A stretch of 64,000 nucleotides of DNA from Euprymna scolopes (taxonomy: Eukaryota): assembly GCA_053919585.1 (NCBI GenBank), contig CM132785.1; one strand, given 5' to 3'. Below, one piece after another: positions 36,941 to 51,700 of the stretch. The position numbers and the translations under genes are program-made. The notes below the pieces were generated by a model that made no database searches, had not been told where the DNA came from, and worked only from the letters and a program-made list of their open reading frames with translations. How positions within the stretch are numbered: the stretch's first letter is position 1; each line of letters opens with the position of its first letter.

Positions 36941-39900
36941 ACTTTTTCCTCTAATATTTGTCTTCTCCAGCAAACAGTTTGATCCAGCAAGGCTATCGGC
37001 TAGGGCCCGAGATAGTTCACATAATGAAAAACTGATTACTCAGCTCTAATTCAACTGTAATTGATGTAATCTTCAACCATCACTGGGGGTCGGGTCATAA
37101 ATATATGAACAGTATTTAAAAGTATTTAAATCATATTTATAAAATTTTAAAATAATCTCAAATATACAAGTTTATCATTTTTTCCTCCGTCTTTTTGTAG
37201 TCATTCACAAACTTATGCACTTAAAAAAATAACGGCTGGATTCACATTATTTGTTATTTATTTTTACTTGTTTGGTTTTATGTATATCCTTTATAGTATT
37301 GTAAGTCTTTCACATTCGAATTACTATGTAAAATTTTAATATTTCCAACCAAAATTTTCCGAAATTCCTTATGTGGACAGCCATGGTTTTAAGGAATTGA
37401 CATACTGAATGCGAGTCAGGATGGTTAAATGTAAGTCTTCGGTAAAATCCCTTGATAGTATTAGCATAGTATTTATTCGAATTGTTTAAAAACATTTCCT
37501 CAATGTGCAACAAAACTGATAGATTACGCTGTTTTGTTTCTATTACAAAGTTGTTTTGCGAGAAACGGTTTTATATGGTTAGAAGAGTTTGGCTTTTGTT
37601 TTTCTAGCAATTACTTTATAATTATTTTGACTTTTCAATTTTATATTATATGACAGAAGATTTTAATGTATAGCAAAGCATAGTATTTTCATGAATAAGG
37701 TTCAGAACGATTAACTAAAAATCACATCGACCAATTACTAGTGGGCCCAAGGTGGATTACGAAGGAATGCTAATGCGATTGCCGAATCAAATTCTTAAAA
37801 ACGACGAATATATTATAAGTCGTATAAATTCTAAACTATTTTTTTACGCCGATAGTATTACGTCAAATAAATATTCTGGCTTATTGTCCTGATGTTGTGA
37901 AGTAAGTCTGAAGGTAAACTACAATTACTATTATTTACAGATTAACTAAACATAAGTGCTAATAACTAAGAACAATATGCGATATTATAAGGGTTACAAT
38001 AAGTCTAATGTGCGATGATTGTGTACGGATATAATCCAATCATCAAGTGTATATTTCCTCAAAATAGTTTCCAGCCATGTGGTGCAATTTACTTTTTCTT
38101 ATTGAAATACATTAAAACAATAATAATGATTTATGTTCAAAATGAAGGGGTGTTCTGTTTGCATACAATCAATAAAACATATCACAACACTCATGTGCAC
38201 AACCTACATTTGTAACCTACCTTTCACCAAATTAAATTAGTCAAATTAAAATGCATGTATATATGAGAAATCTACTAAAAGCATGTATTCTAGTAACATT
38301 TTTATTTGTAACAAGCTAAAGTTATTTTAAGGAACATAATACTCAATTCAATCAACCAATTTACGCGTTTATTACCATCGAATGCAAGACGAACAATGAT
38401 ACAATGAAGAGCTAATAAAATGTCACTTTTTATCCAACAAGAATATTAAAATTTCTAGTAATACCACGAAAAATAATTTCATGTATTTTTCCTTTTGTTA
38501 TTACCAAATATACAAATATAAACATAAGTTAATTATAAAACAATATCAACTACAGTACATTTTGTTTTTTTTTAGTAAACAAATCATGCAGTTTAATTAA
38601 TAGATTTGGAAAATTCAGTCGACTAACTTCAGGATTATTCACGATTCTCTGTAAAGAATACTACTTAAATGTTTAAATAACATAAAACCAACCATGCCTG
38701 TAAGGCTGTGCACCAGTTAAAAACACAGTTCATGAAGACTGTATTATATTATTTTTTGTTGTATGAAAATAGTATAAACCATATCATTTTTAAAGTTATG
38801 TTACAGGTTGATATCATGTAGTGTATTTTTTTGCTAACTCAATATAACATAATTTTTTCTAGTAAATAAAATGTTTAAATATTAATAGAACGCGAGCGCA
38901 TTCTTATTTTAAAAAATCAAGAATATAAAAGTAGTCGATTTTTATACAGTGTAGATTAATACTAGCTATACTAAATTTTTTTATAAATTATTAGCAAGCC
39001 CTATGTTATTCTAAATGTGTTATCTTTGTTAATGATCATTAGTATGCGATAATTTTAATATAAGTATGTTACCTGGCTATATTAAAGTGGAGCAATGAAA
39101 ATAAACAATTTACACCCCTTGATATGGGTATACAATTTAATAATTGATATGTAAGAAAGCAATTCATAATACGAGAAAAAAATAATATTATATTCGATTT
39201 TATGCTAGATAGGCTGTCTACGTTAAAATAGATATGTAGTTCTGAAAAATATGATTTCCATAACAATATACAGTTAGTCATTTCTATTTCGTTACAAATA
39301 AAATTCTATGTTCGAAATATATTCTAAAAAAGTATATAGAATTCTATACAAATTTGTTCGAAACTGTATGCGCTTTCATGAATTGTTTTGTTTTTGTACC
39401 TAATTTATGTTTATAGTTTTACATTCGTCTGGAAAATTAAGTCTACCAATTTTTATATTTATATTTTTCTCAAGAAACAAGTGCAAATGACCAGTGCGGA
39501 TATTCACTCGAAGTGGAAGCGAAGACATTCATTAAAAATTCCATTTTTCTGTGATTGTTTTAATTATTTATTTTCCGTCTTTTATAAATTATTTTGTGCT
39601 TTTCGGCTTTTTATTTTATTTTATTTTGGAAGACAACGTTCATTAAGAACAAAAAGGCGAAAACTAATTCAGCTTTTGAGATTCAAATAAAAACACAATA
39701 AAACAGATGTTAGGAAAATAATCGTTTTCCATTTTTAATTTTCGTTTTCATTCGAATTGTCTTCATACATGAACAAGCCGTTATTGTTTGAAAATCAGCG
39801 CCAAGAATGTTTGGTTTTCAATCGGATGTTAATTTGGATGACTGGTGATTTCATTTTAATTCTACTTGGTGTACGTCACATTTTTGTAAACTCTGATTCA

Positions 39901-40451
39901 CATTTCCGTCTGTTAAAATAATATAATTTATTCTTAGAAATTTTATGAGTTTTATTTATCATGTCTATAAATATATCTGTCATAAACTCAAATGAAAATG
40001 TGTTCAAAGAGGGAGGAAGAAAGCCAACTTTTAAATAGTAAATATGATATAATAATTTATATGAAATGATGATGATGTTATCATGAATGCATATTTGGAG
40101 TCTGGAGAAAGCTTATACGTTTGAGCGGAGCCCTGAAATAGGTCCTCCATCTAGGACCTCTGTGTAATTGTACTCTACAAGCAATGCTAATATGAAGCAA
40201 AATGATTAAAAAAAAACTCTTTGAAAGTCTATTTAATAAGGCAGAAAAAGTTAAAAACAAACAAACTTTAATATAATATGATGACGCAGTAACGTGTCCC
40301 CTAACTCGAAATGACATTATCCTGACAATAGATGAAAGCAGCTCAGGTGAATATGTTAGATCAATGTTTATGATGCAGTCATCTGAATAGGTTTAAATGG
40401 TGACAAATCAGTTGTAAGTTTATAACAAATTTCATATTGAGTATATATATA

Positions 40452-40645
40452 TTTTTACACAGTGATCACCACTTATCAAGGCCCGGAAGCCACTCAGGGA
40501 GGAGGGTTATTGCAAGTACATTACGTTAGTGTTGAGATTTGATGAAGTGTTTACTTAAGGGGGCGGTTCATTAGGAATTTGTTAATATTAGACTTGAACA
40601 CACCCAAGTTGTAGTCCGATGGAAAGCAGGCAGAAGGAACAGAGT
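40452..40645 (-). mobile_element. Short 3' fragment of the CR1/Zenon-like LINE
   Basis: Near-identical to 47490-47690 (tail and VPSACFPSDYNL...FKSNINKFLMNRP). Confidence 0.9.
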
Positions 40646-41939
40646 GTATCATTAGCCTGCCTCATTCACTCTTTCCCTGTCTATCTATTCTAATATTTTC
40701 TATCTCATGTTTTACCACCAGTTAAGAATTGTGCTACTGTTAGATTATGAATACTATTTGCAGGAATAGGTCCTCATCTCAGCTCAGTTTTCAACTTTTA
40801 AGCACATGTGTGTGTGTGTGTTTTTTAAATTTTAAATACCCTTCTATTATTATACGAACGAGTGATTTTCGCTCATTTTATATATAATTTCAGCAAATAT
40901 ACCGTGATACTAATGACCCATAATAGCGTCAACAGAAGATCAGAACGAAATACGCATAGAAAATACATAGCCGAGTAATGCAAAGTCTTTACTTTTAGGA
41001 ACATTTTACCATGTATGCTATATTTTATTTATTCGAAAAGCTTGTATCAATGCCAATGATGTAACACATTTCCCCGTTAGAAGTATTTTATTATTGGTTA
41101 AGTTTTCGTAAGAATTGGAATGAAAATCGACCTAATAAAGTGTGACTTTCATTTTTTATAGTCTATTACTTGCTGTCTTTGAGCCAGCTCAGGGGAAACG
41201 AGCTAATGGAGGTCTTGGAAGTTACTGCGACAATTATTACCTACCAAAAGTACATGTCAGTTTTGCAGAATAACAGGAAATGATATGAATAAAATGCACA
41301 TTGCGTGTGTTTGACTATTAATAGCAGACACAATTGTGACACTATGATATATTAAACAATGAATTCAACAGATTTCCCATACTTCATTTGCCATATTTTC
41401 AAATATTATTCATTTAAATTGATTTATCTGACTCAATAATTGAAGCTGACACTCCAGCAGAGATGACCGCCTGGTAGCATGAATAAACCGATCTAAATAA
41501 GCTATGACTAGCTCGGGCTACAAAGCTAACCCAACAATCTGCGAATGAATAGAGAAGGATCATATGATACAACTGTGGCTTAACTGCTCTCTACTTCCGA
41601 ACTATTGCTTCAAAGAACTGTAAAAAAGAAAAAAATATTGATTTGCGTAATTTTATCGATATAAAATTCCAACGAATAACGGATGATTAATAAATAGAAT
41701 AACTGTATGTCCTTTACGAATGGGCTTTAACATTAACTGTAGAATTATGTTTTAAAGACAATCAACCAATTTTATTAAGAGTGAATGCAACAGCCTTTAT
41801 ACCGATGTAACATGCAAAATTAAAGTTAACCTTGTTTGTCGATCCATCTCTTAAAGAAATTACACAAAATAACATACAAGCGAGTTTTATGGACTTTGAA
41901 ATGATAGTTGGTTATTCGTATTATTTGGATTCATCGGAC

Positions 41940-43500
41940 TTCTGTTCTCATCGTAACTGTGATTTTCAGACATATTGATCAATGGAACCTTTGACTGTCT
42001 TTAAATATATCTTGTGGGACTCGGGAAGGTTTCTGTCGAACTCGCAAATTTTTACGGTATTTCGAACGGAATACAATTGCTAAATACTTTGCACCTCTAT
42101 GCTGTAATGATGGACGGAACAAGAGCATGCAGCCCCCATAAAGTAAATAAAGGGGTCCGTTCAAAACTCCGTATAAATCTCCGAGTTGCACAGTACACAT
42201 TACCATATATATCGTGTAGGAAAACATACGATACCGATATATCACGACGACACCCCAGGAATGAGAGAACACCAGATATAACCCGCCGTTGGAGGTTCGC
42301 CAGTATATGAGTTCATTTTAGACCTTTTCAATTACGGAACGCCAAAATGTCTATCAGTTATTCCGATCTCCCAGAACATCTCACAATACGATAGCTTTGT
42401 CTTGATCGTCTACATGGGGCACGGTTGATGAGGGGTTCTGTTTTAACAAAAAAAGTCCGCCAATCCAGGAAGATAAGTGCGGTCTCACACCAAGCTATTA
42501 TTTCTTATTGAGTCTCGGGCTAAGCACTCACCCTGCGCTGAGGTAGGCGCGCCTCTTCCAATAAATGTCTTCTGAAAAATAACAAGTTTATTGTCCGGTC
42601 CGTTTGCAATGTTAATGACTTGGCATAAACAGTAAGTAAAAACTCCAGTCGTTATTTTTTATATAAAAATTATATTAACAGAACTATATAATTGCAAACT
42701 TCTAATACAATAACACTGACAAAATATAAATGTCTATGTATGTAAAGTCAATTCACTTCCGAGTTAACAGTTCAACACGTGTCGTATTATCTGTGATCGA
42801 TAACGCTTTCACTGGGAAGGTCACTCGCCCATAATTCCCAATTCCTAATTGTCGTATATCGTTAATTTCGATAGTGGTAATATAAACAGACACAGAAAAG
42901 TGAGTTCGTTTTTTTTATTATTAATGTTTTCACCAACAGACTGCATATATAGGGTAAAATGGAGAACTTCGTCAGCGATAATGTCGAAACGATGAATCGC
43001 CTAGCAACAGATAATTTAAGCTAGCCAGGGATCTATCTTGTGTAATTACTTTAGATGACAACAGTATTCAACCAGGTTGCTTTCAGATCGCTAGTGGACC
43101 ATGAGTTTACGGCAATATTCATGGTTGGCGTATATTTCAGTGGTCAGTGGGCTTAGAGATATCTTTTTTAAAACTCTCAAATCTGTTCCACTCACTGTCA
43201 ACGATCTGAAATCGCTCACGCATAACATATAATGTGGTAACGGGAATCGCTGCGTTATGTCATCTTCTCTTATGATTAGTCGAGCATCATCTCTACATAA
43301 TAGTTTATCGAGGGAAATGTTCATCGAGGTGTTCTCACGCCGGATATCCTCGAGATCTGATGTAACGTTAGATACTGCTTCCGGTTTGAGCCTAATAAAC
43401 TATTCACCACCATATCCTCGAAATACCTTGTTCTCTTAGCAAAACAATATTAGTATCAAAATGTTATTATCAATGCCAAATCCGCTAACTTAAGTTATTT
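41940..43500 (-). pseudogene. Decayed, unidentified coding-like island (possibly a membrane protein pseudogene)
   Basis: GC/CpG-richer block; a ~100-codon open frame FIRLKPEAVSNVTSDLEDIRRENTSMNISLDKLLCRDD...EYCRKLMVH continues through stops into VEYCCH...DPWLA, then hydrophobic stretches; no family recognised. Confidence 0.4.
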
Positions 43501-44592
43501 TCCCTTGGTTTGAGTTGTATGACCAGCCAACTAAATTGCGCAAGCAAAGCATTCGATATTTGCCCTGGTGTCTTCATATAATAAAAGTTCTTACTTAGCT
43601 CTATTGTTATCGTTAATAATGTAAAATTCTTCCATTGTATGTAGTTGGGTCATAACAGAAACACAACCGAGTTCGACAAGATACAGCTAAAAAAGTCAGG
43701 TTTCATCGACCAAAACGTAGTGGAACGGTTACTGAAGATTAGAAAAGTAATCCAATAAAACAAATAACACGAATACGCGTCTTTATTTACAGGGATTTTC
43801 TTAGAAATCCAATTCGTTTTATTTAAAATTGTAATATATTATAATCATAATTAAACTCCTAATATAAAATTAACATATGACATGAAATATACAATGGAAA
43901 CAATGTGTGCTACTCCAATGTAGAGTTTACTTGTAAAAACCATATTAGCGTAAACTTTGCTAGAGATATCGCAATAACCACAATACGTATAGTAAAACGC
44001 AAAATATAAGTATATAAGTAACCAAGGAATATACGTATGCATATTTAAAATGCACTACCTAAACGGTAGTATTATATTGACACACCCACTCAGTAATGTT
44101 CAACAACGTATAGCCTGAGAAGTAGGAGATAGGTGATAATTTGAACAGTGTGAATTCAAGTAAGCGAGTATGTATATACAAGCAGATAGACGAATACCTT
44201 TGTCTTGCCCATTCCGGTTAATCCTTGTGATATGTGTACCATATATTAGCTTCCCTCTGATATTCTGGAGAGGCACCATATAGATGTAAAACTAGTTCAT
44301 TAGAAACAAAAATATAGTGAAACAAAAATATAGGAAGTGAAGGTCCTGTTGAAAATAGAAGTATGCCAGAGGAATAACCTGCCCCTGTTTGGAACTTGAC
44401 TAATAATATTTACAAACACACACATAAAAACAAACTTGCGCTCAGTTTGTCAGGAGCAGGTGTTGATGTAATAAGACCCTGTAACTGCCAGAAGAATGCT
44501 AATATAATCTTCACTCTGGTCATATCGTATATAGAAAACCTAAAAATAATATATTTAGAAGACGCTAATAAATGAGTGGCATACATGCAATA

Positions 44593-44726
44593 AAGTGCAA
44601 TTTCTTTATAATATATAATCGATTACATAAACACAAAGATAAACGGTGGCTGGTTATAAGTGCAATTTCTTTATAATATATAATCGATTACATAAACACA
44701 AAGATAAACGGTGGCTGGTTATAAGT
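44593..44726. repeat. 65-bp perfect tandem duplication
   Basis: aagtgcaatttctttataatatataatcgattacataaacacaaagataaacggtggctggttat twice. Confidence 0.95.
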
Positions 44727-45783
44727 AGACATCACCATAAATGAATTCACTAATGCCATTATTTTACCGAACAGAGGCATTTCTAGTAATTTCATCATAT
44801 TATTTGTTTAATAATATTAGATAGTGAAAATAGATGTTATTGTACAAAATATATAAAGCACTTTATACATCCTTAAAATACACACACTGATCAATCAGGA
44901 TGAGCGAAGTCAACGAATGGAAACATTGATTAATATTGTTTAATTAAAATCGGAAAATATACCTAATTTTCTTTATAAAACACATTGCCATCGTTGAATT
45001 TCTATGGCAGTATATTACGTTAAATACAATTTTCGTTATTGTATTGTATTGGTTATTTAATGTATGAAACCAACTTTTTCTTGAAAAGATATGTCTAAGG
45101 TATCTCATATATTTAATCGCTATTGAAAATACAAATTCCATTAGTACTAATTGAAACTCATATTCCTTGTTGATGCCTGAGGATTGAAAAGGCTCACTAC
45201 GTACTGTTTATGTAGAAACAGAGCTATTATGAAATTATTTACTGCGTGTTGGTGAGGGAAGTCGCAGACAATGAATTACAAGGAGCGAATATGCCTTAAA
45301 CTTTCCTTCAACGATTCGTAAAAAAGCGGGAAGAGGGTGAAATATACATTTCTATGAAATCGAGGGAATATATATTCTTTATTACAAACAGAAGAACTTG
45401 TATCATATCTCCCTTGCAGATATAGATATCTCGAAATTCTGAATAAAATTATTAGTACGAATACGGAAAACGAGCTTTAATAAAATTACGTAAACGCTGT
45501 GTATAGTAGGATAGATTAGCCTGGATGGCTATTATTTTATTCGGTGAATGTTTTCATTATCTTTTCGAACTGAGAAACTTCTATATAACATTATCGTCAC
45601 CAAACATAGATAAAATTTAAAAAAAATAATATTAATTAAAAGTGACTGGAATTTTAAATAGTTACACGAAAGTTCGAAATTAAAGTCAAAAATAAAATTA
45701 AATTTACTATTTAAGCGATAACTTTATTTTTGCATATCGAGTTTCTTTATGTGGTTCATATTGTAGCTGGTGACATCCTCTCG

Positions 45784-45833
<50 letters not shown>

Positions 45834-47486
45834 ATTATGAAAAGTTTAATTTATGTCGATCTCCTTTCAAAATTCTAATTTAATGATTGTTAAACTTCGA
45901 ACAACCTTTATAAAAGATCGTTAAGTATAACTCAGATAAGATTTTCCCATTATTATGTTGCCATGTCAATATAAGCAATTTCATGTTTGATTTGGAACAT
46001 AAGATTATTTTGGCTTTCTAAAGCTACAGGGTTATATTTAACATGAGTTTAAGAAAATAATATTTAAATGATTTCCATATACCATAGGATTATATAACAA
46101 GAAGGATGCGAATCTTTTAATCTTTTTTTTTTAAATACAAGATAGCAATGAAATATTTAAGTACGTAATGCACAGGCACATAACGATGATAGTAATTAAA
46201 TAGATCTCAGCCTTATTAAGAGATTCATGAAGTCTGTACCTTCTTTCTGATTTCAATTCATGATCTCAGGTTCAACGGCTAATAAAGAAAATCAGTTCAT
46301 CCAAATATAATTAGGATAATGAATTTCATTTGGACAACCTTAACTAGATAACCCGTCATTTGCCCGAAGCCATCCAGCCGATACTAGGATGAATGCACCG
46401 ATGCCATTGATACGTAATACAATATTCTAGGGTGTAATCAAAGCGCACATGTCAATCGTTCAATTGGTAATGTCTTGGCGTGAATTAGATAAGAAAATGT
46501 GATAATACAGCGAGCCAAACGGTTTATATTAAGATATACACAACAATATGCGCATATATGTATGCCTTCATACACGTATACGCTGTCCATCCGAGAATTT
46601 AACGTGCATCCTTAATAAACACACTTAACATGAGATTTATTGTATTTTCGAGTAGATTAAGCATTATAGTAAGGGGGTAGCATTGGAGTGTATTTATAGT
46701 TATAACCTTTTACACTTTATTTCAACTGTTAGAGTTTAAAATCTAAAATTGGATTATATTAATTGGATTCTCTGTGCAACATTGTTATGCGTCATACACA
46801 AAATTTAAAAAATATATTGAGCAAATATGATAATGTTTATTTTCACATAAGATTCTGTCAAACGCACCCATTGTTTCGTAATTCCTTATCATTATCGGCT
46901 CAGTTCAGTCTAAAAAGATAGCGGATATCCTGTAAGGATAGTTGAGCGTATAATTATGAGGCAAGTGTTGCGGAATCCTGAGCATAATTCTCTTTAATCG
47001 TCACTGCTTGAATTCAACTAAAAGAAGTCCAGAAACAATTGGAAATAATGTCAAGATACACAGCATCTATAATTCCCAAACGGACACCTATTTAAGACTG
47101 ACAAGGGCCAATGTTACTTTATTCTGACAGAAACCAGCATGTGAACGTTATTATGCCGTATATCGTTAGTCATTCTAGAATATCTTTGAATGCTAAATGT
47201 TAAATAATTTTCTCGTTTTTAACCGTTACATTATGATTTTAGTGATATAAAGTATAAAGTGTCTCTAATGAACTGAGTGATGCCATGTTTTTTTTTGCAC
47301 TTTGAAAATCAAGCCAGCATCGAATGAAAACATGTTCGAGCTACACGCGTATTAGACAAAATAAACTTCCCCAATGATGCCCGATTTTCTAACGTTTGCG
47401 GAGTTGAAATACCCGGTTAATACTTAATGATTTTTACCTGCGATATATAATTTTCGAATGAAAATTTAGTTAAAAAATTTGAAAAC

Positions 47487-48735
47487 TTTTTTTTTTTTTA
47501 CACAGTGATCACCACTTATCAAGGTCCGGAAGCCACTCAGGGATAAGGGCTATTGCAAGTACATTACGTTAGTGTGGAGATTTGATAAAGTGTTTAATAA
47601 AGGGGGCGGTTCATTAGGAATTTATTAACATTGGACTTGAAGACATCCAAGTTGTAGTCCGGAGGGAAGCAGGCAGACGGAACAGAGTTCCACAGGCGTG
47701 CAGTTCTAAGAAAGAAACTTTGTTCATGGAATCCGCGTTTTGATTTAGGCACAGATATAGAGTGGGGGAAATTTTTCACAGTGGATTTAGCTAGACGGGT
47801 GTTGTTCGTGAAAGATTGGCGAGGGGGACCAGAGATTGGAGTTAAGACGAGCACCTGCCATGGAAATAATGATAAAACAATGTAAGGCTCGCAACGTCTC
47901 TTCTGTAGGAGAGAGGTTGCAGGGAAGAGAAAAGGGCATCACCCACTAAGCCACGAAGTCTATTTTGTACGCTGTCAAGGCAGGATAGGCTTTTTTTTAG
48001 CAGCTCCTGCCCAGATATGGCAACAGTATTCCATCCTTGGAGTACTTGGCTTTTATATAGATAGAGAATTTCATCAGTAGTGAGATATCTTCTGGAGCGG
48101 TAGAAGGATCCCACCATCTTTCAAGCGATCTTGGCAACAGACTTGATGTACGTGTTCCATTTCAGATCAGGGGTAAAGGTCAAACGCAGAAGCTTGTCAA
48201 AACACGGGGCCTCACCCAGACGAGAGCCATCCATTTCAATTGATGCCAGATGGGGATCAGAGCGTTGATGATGTAAGGATAGGAGTTTGGTTTTGGATGC
48301 ATTAAAGGTAACCAGCCACATCTTCCCCCACTGAACCACGCGCTCGAGATCAGAGGAGAGAGAATCAGAGAGAACTTTGTCATTTACAGCCTTTGATGTG
48401 TTGCCGTAGATGGTTGTGTCATCAGCATAGATGTCAACAAATGATTTAAGTATGTGTTTAGGGAGGTAATTGATGTAGATCAGGAAGAGAGTTGGGCCCA
48501 GGATTGACCCCTGAGGGACTCCAACATTTATATTGCAGGCCTCCGATTGTTGTCCATCTACCACTACTCTTATGAGCCTATCAGAGAGAAACGAGTTAAT
48601 GAGTGAGAAAACATTTCCAGTTATACCGTAGCTGGAAATCTTGTGAAGTACACCCTTATGTCATACCTTGTCGAAGGCCTTTGATATGTCAAGAGCAATT
48701 GCCCTAGAAAGGAAGCCTTTGTCAAGAGATTCACT
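47487..48735 (-). mobile_element. Young 5'-truncated CR1/Zenon-like LINE (RT to A-tail)
   Basis: ALDISKAFDKV, GVPQGSILGPTLFLIYIN, YADDTT, WLVTFNASKTK, RRDVASL, SFFLRTARLWNS, 3' tail and poly(A); few disruptions. Confidence 0.95.
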
Positions 48736-48799
48736 GGTGGTTTAATTTTTTTTCTTTTGAACGCAAATAATCAGCTTACGTTATTGATTCTTCAATTAA

Positions 48800-51700
48800 G
48801 GAAATCCCTAATCATTCAGCTTTGTTCAATTACTCTTGGTAAGCTGTTCTTGGATGTCGAGCTTAGCTGATTAAAAATGAGTCCTATCCTACTACTACGG
48901 CGTTGTTGGTGTTGCCGGTAAAGTTTCCTAGCGACAAAATATTGACTATGTTTTATTTTTAGAGTCGCGGAAAAAGATTGGTGTATATATTATGGCATTA
49001 TATGAAAATATAATTGATGATTATTTGAAATACGTTAATATTTTAAAAGAATATATTGTCAATGTTTATTTGACAGAAGAGATTTGATAGACTACTATAG
49101 AATTATTTAATAAATAATTACGATCTTCTAATTTTGATGAGTCTATTAAACATCGGGAGTTTACTGTGAAAACCAAGTGCCCTAACTTGGCTCCTACGAT
49201 TAACTGAAGATCAATGATAAGCATCTGGAGCCTGATAAGTATACTTTTCTCAACTTGATTGCAACGTTTAAAGATAGTCGTTCAGAAAAATTACATAAAT
49301 GGCTACACCTTCCAGTTTAATAGACATTTCACAGTATCTGATGGTAACTATCTGGTAGATCTAAACATTCATGCTACAGACGTTTTGAACGAAAAATATA
49401 TAATTGACGCGATGTTTTCTTATACTGACAAATTAGTAATGTTTTATTCGTCAGGAAATTTCTGGTTATTTTGAAAGGTAAGTTTTACTTTAATTTTTTT
49501 GGAGATTGAATTTTCTATGAACAAATTGCTTAGCCACATAGTTTTTGACAAGTTACCGTTTTTTTTAAGTCAGATTTACTTCACAAAGGGGAGAAATAAT
49601 GTCCCATTCCTTGCTGTTTTGAAATATAACGTACATTGGATTTTTTAGCAATATTCCTAGACTCGTAATGTTGTAAGGCATTTAAAGAAGCAGTTTTTTT
49701 CTGAGCTATGAAATAATTACAACTGTTATCTTGTTTAGTCGCACTGGTATAACAATTTACCACGGTGAAAGATTTTTTGATAGCAGAGGTATATCATATT
49801 AAATAGCAGTTTTCTCATAGCTGATGACCATCGCGGTTATGCTTGTAGTTCCTATCCCACTTATGCTGTTAGGTAAAAATATGCAAAGAGCTTGGGGGTT
49901 TTCTCTAAATGTCTGGGCCCTCTCCATGATGAGAAAAATGTTTCTGTGGAAAGGAAGAATATGGTACTATTTCGACTTGCACGTGAGAGTGACATTGGAG
50001 AATTTTGTTCCCTAGTTCAGCTAGTACCCTCTCAACAGCTAATGCCTGCTGGCTAAACAAAGGTTTGTCAGTTCCACCAGTCGTTTAAATCTCTGTCGAT
50101 TATAAAGTGTAAAAAAACAAGTATTCTGGTATGGAAAATTATATTTAGCTTTTAGCTTGTTGCATAAGTCTCCTGGTTTAGTTTTATCAGTAAAGGATTA
50201 TAAATCTTCTTTTTTTTAATAGATAAAAAAAAACATGTAAAGAAATAGACCTTAACGTGAAGGTCATTCAAGGAATCAGTTCTGTGTCTAATTTTATTGA
50301 TATGAAATTAAATCTTACTTTCCGTCTTGATATATTGGCTTCTGTAATTTCAGATCTTATGAAACATGCAGTTGAACTAGTTACTTGTTATTTTGAGTTG
50401 AACGATGACCCGTTGTCCCTTCATTGTCTATTGACAGTTAATGTGATTAAATACCTAGAACCTCTGAATTTAAGACGATTTTGAGGGAGAAAGGTTTAGG
50501 AGTTCCCTCAAGGAAATATTTTGTTCTGAAGAATAGCTTACTTTAGATCTCATCAGATAGAATTCGTTTTGAATTATGCTCAGATTGCCGACAATTTTCC
50601 TTCTTTTAATATTACTCATGTTTACTGTGTGTTCGACGATAAATCGGATTACCCTGAACTTTGGAACGGTTTCGAAGAGTCATCTTGAGATAGAATCGTT
50701 GACGAGTTGAATAGTTTAGAGACGATCGCTATCGTAGAAAATGAGCTCAGTGACTTCGATAAGAAAACAAAAAGTATTTCCCTTTTCTATTAGTTTGTCG
50801 AAAACTGTTTTCCGGTGTCTACACTGAGACGAGGATAAACTAAGTACTTTACCCTCATACTACAAGGTTGTCCTGTCAGTGTAAAGTCATGTTTCTCATA
50901 AATCTGAAAACGGATTTGTACTTGAATAGTGTCAGTTGTTTTTGGAAAAAGAGAAGGTTGTTAAAATCGAGAGAATAATTGTCGATCTTTCTAATTTTAT
51001 ACCTGAATTTAGCATCGTACAGTGTTTTCACAAGACTTGCAGTGTACAACAAAGATCCGCCCTATTTTCAGTTGTTCTTTGAGAATAGGCGGAAAACCTT
51101 CTCTTTATGACTGGGCTCATGCCGCTGAAATTCGTACTCGCATATGCGCTAATTTATACTCAAATTCATGACTAATCAGTTCGTCTTTTTGGCAGACACC
51201 AGAATGGTCTTTCTGATGATTAATCTAAAAACGCAATTCGATAAAAACAGTTTCTGCGTTTTGAAGCTGGAAACTAGACTACTATATTTTAGGTACAGGA
51301 CTGTTATATTTGTGTGTGTATCTAGCCTATTTTAAATTACATTGTGAAGTACAACGTGGAGAAATATTCAACCGGTCCTTATAAGGTTTTATTATTTTAG
51401 AGTTTTTACGTTGACAACTAAGTGAAGACTCACCAGTCCCCCGCCCATCTTCTTCAGTTGTATTTAGACGACATAGCGGTTATGCAGGAAGGAGGCTTTT
51501 GTTTGAAACAGGTAGCGAACGTGCTGGGCAGCGTATGATACTTGACGACTAATACTCTTCTCATGGAATACGTATGAATAGGTGTTGAGTAACCTTTACG
51601 ATCCTTTATCTAACATGATGCCATTAAGTTCTTGCATAGTTGAAAGGAATGTCTTTCATCAGATTAGTTTGTTATTACCTGTAACTATTAAAGTTGGATA

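Noticed and set aside
32983-37050. Plus-strand micro-exon chain (32983-33030, 35816-35867, 36055-36087, 36971-)
   Set aside because: Splice-like motifs exist, but joined translations are short, unrecognisable and stop early; expected by chance in AT-rich DNA
49850-49876. LPNSISGIG read as the non-LTR retrotransposon LPxxxGGLG motif
   Set aside because: No RT motifs (AFD, QG, YADD) upstream on that strand; the upstream motifs instead fit a viral L protein
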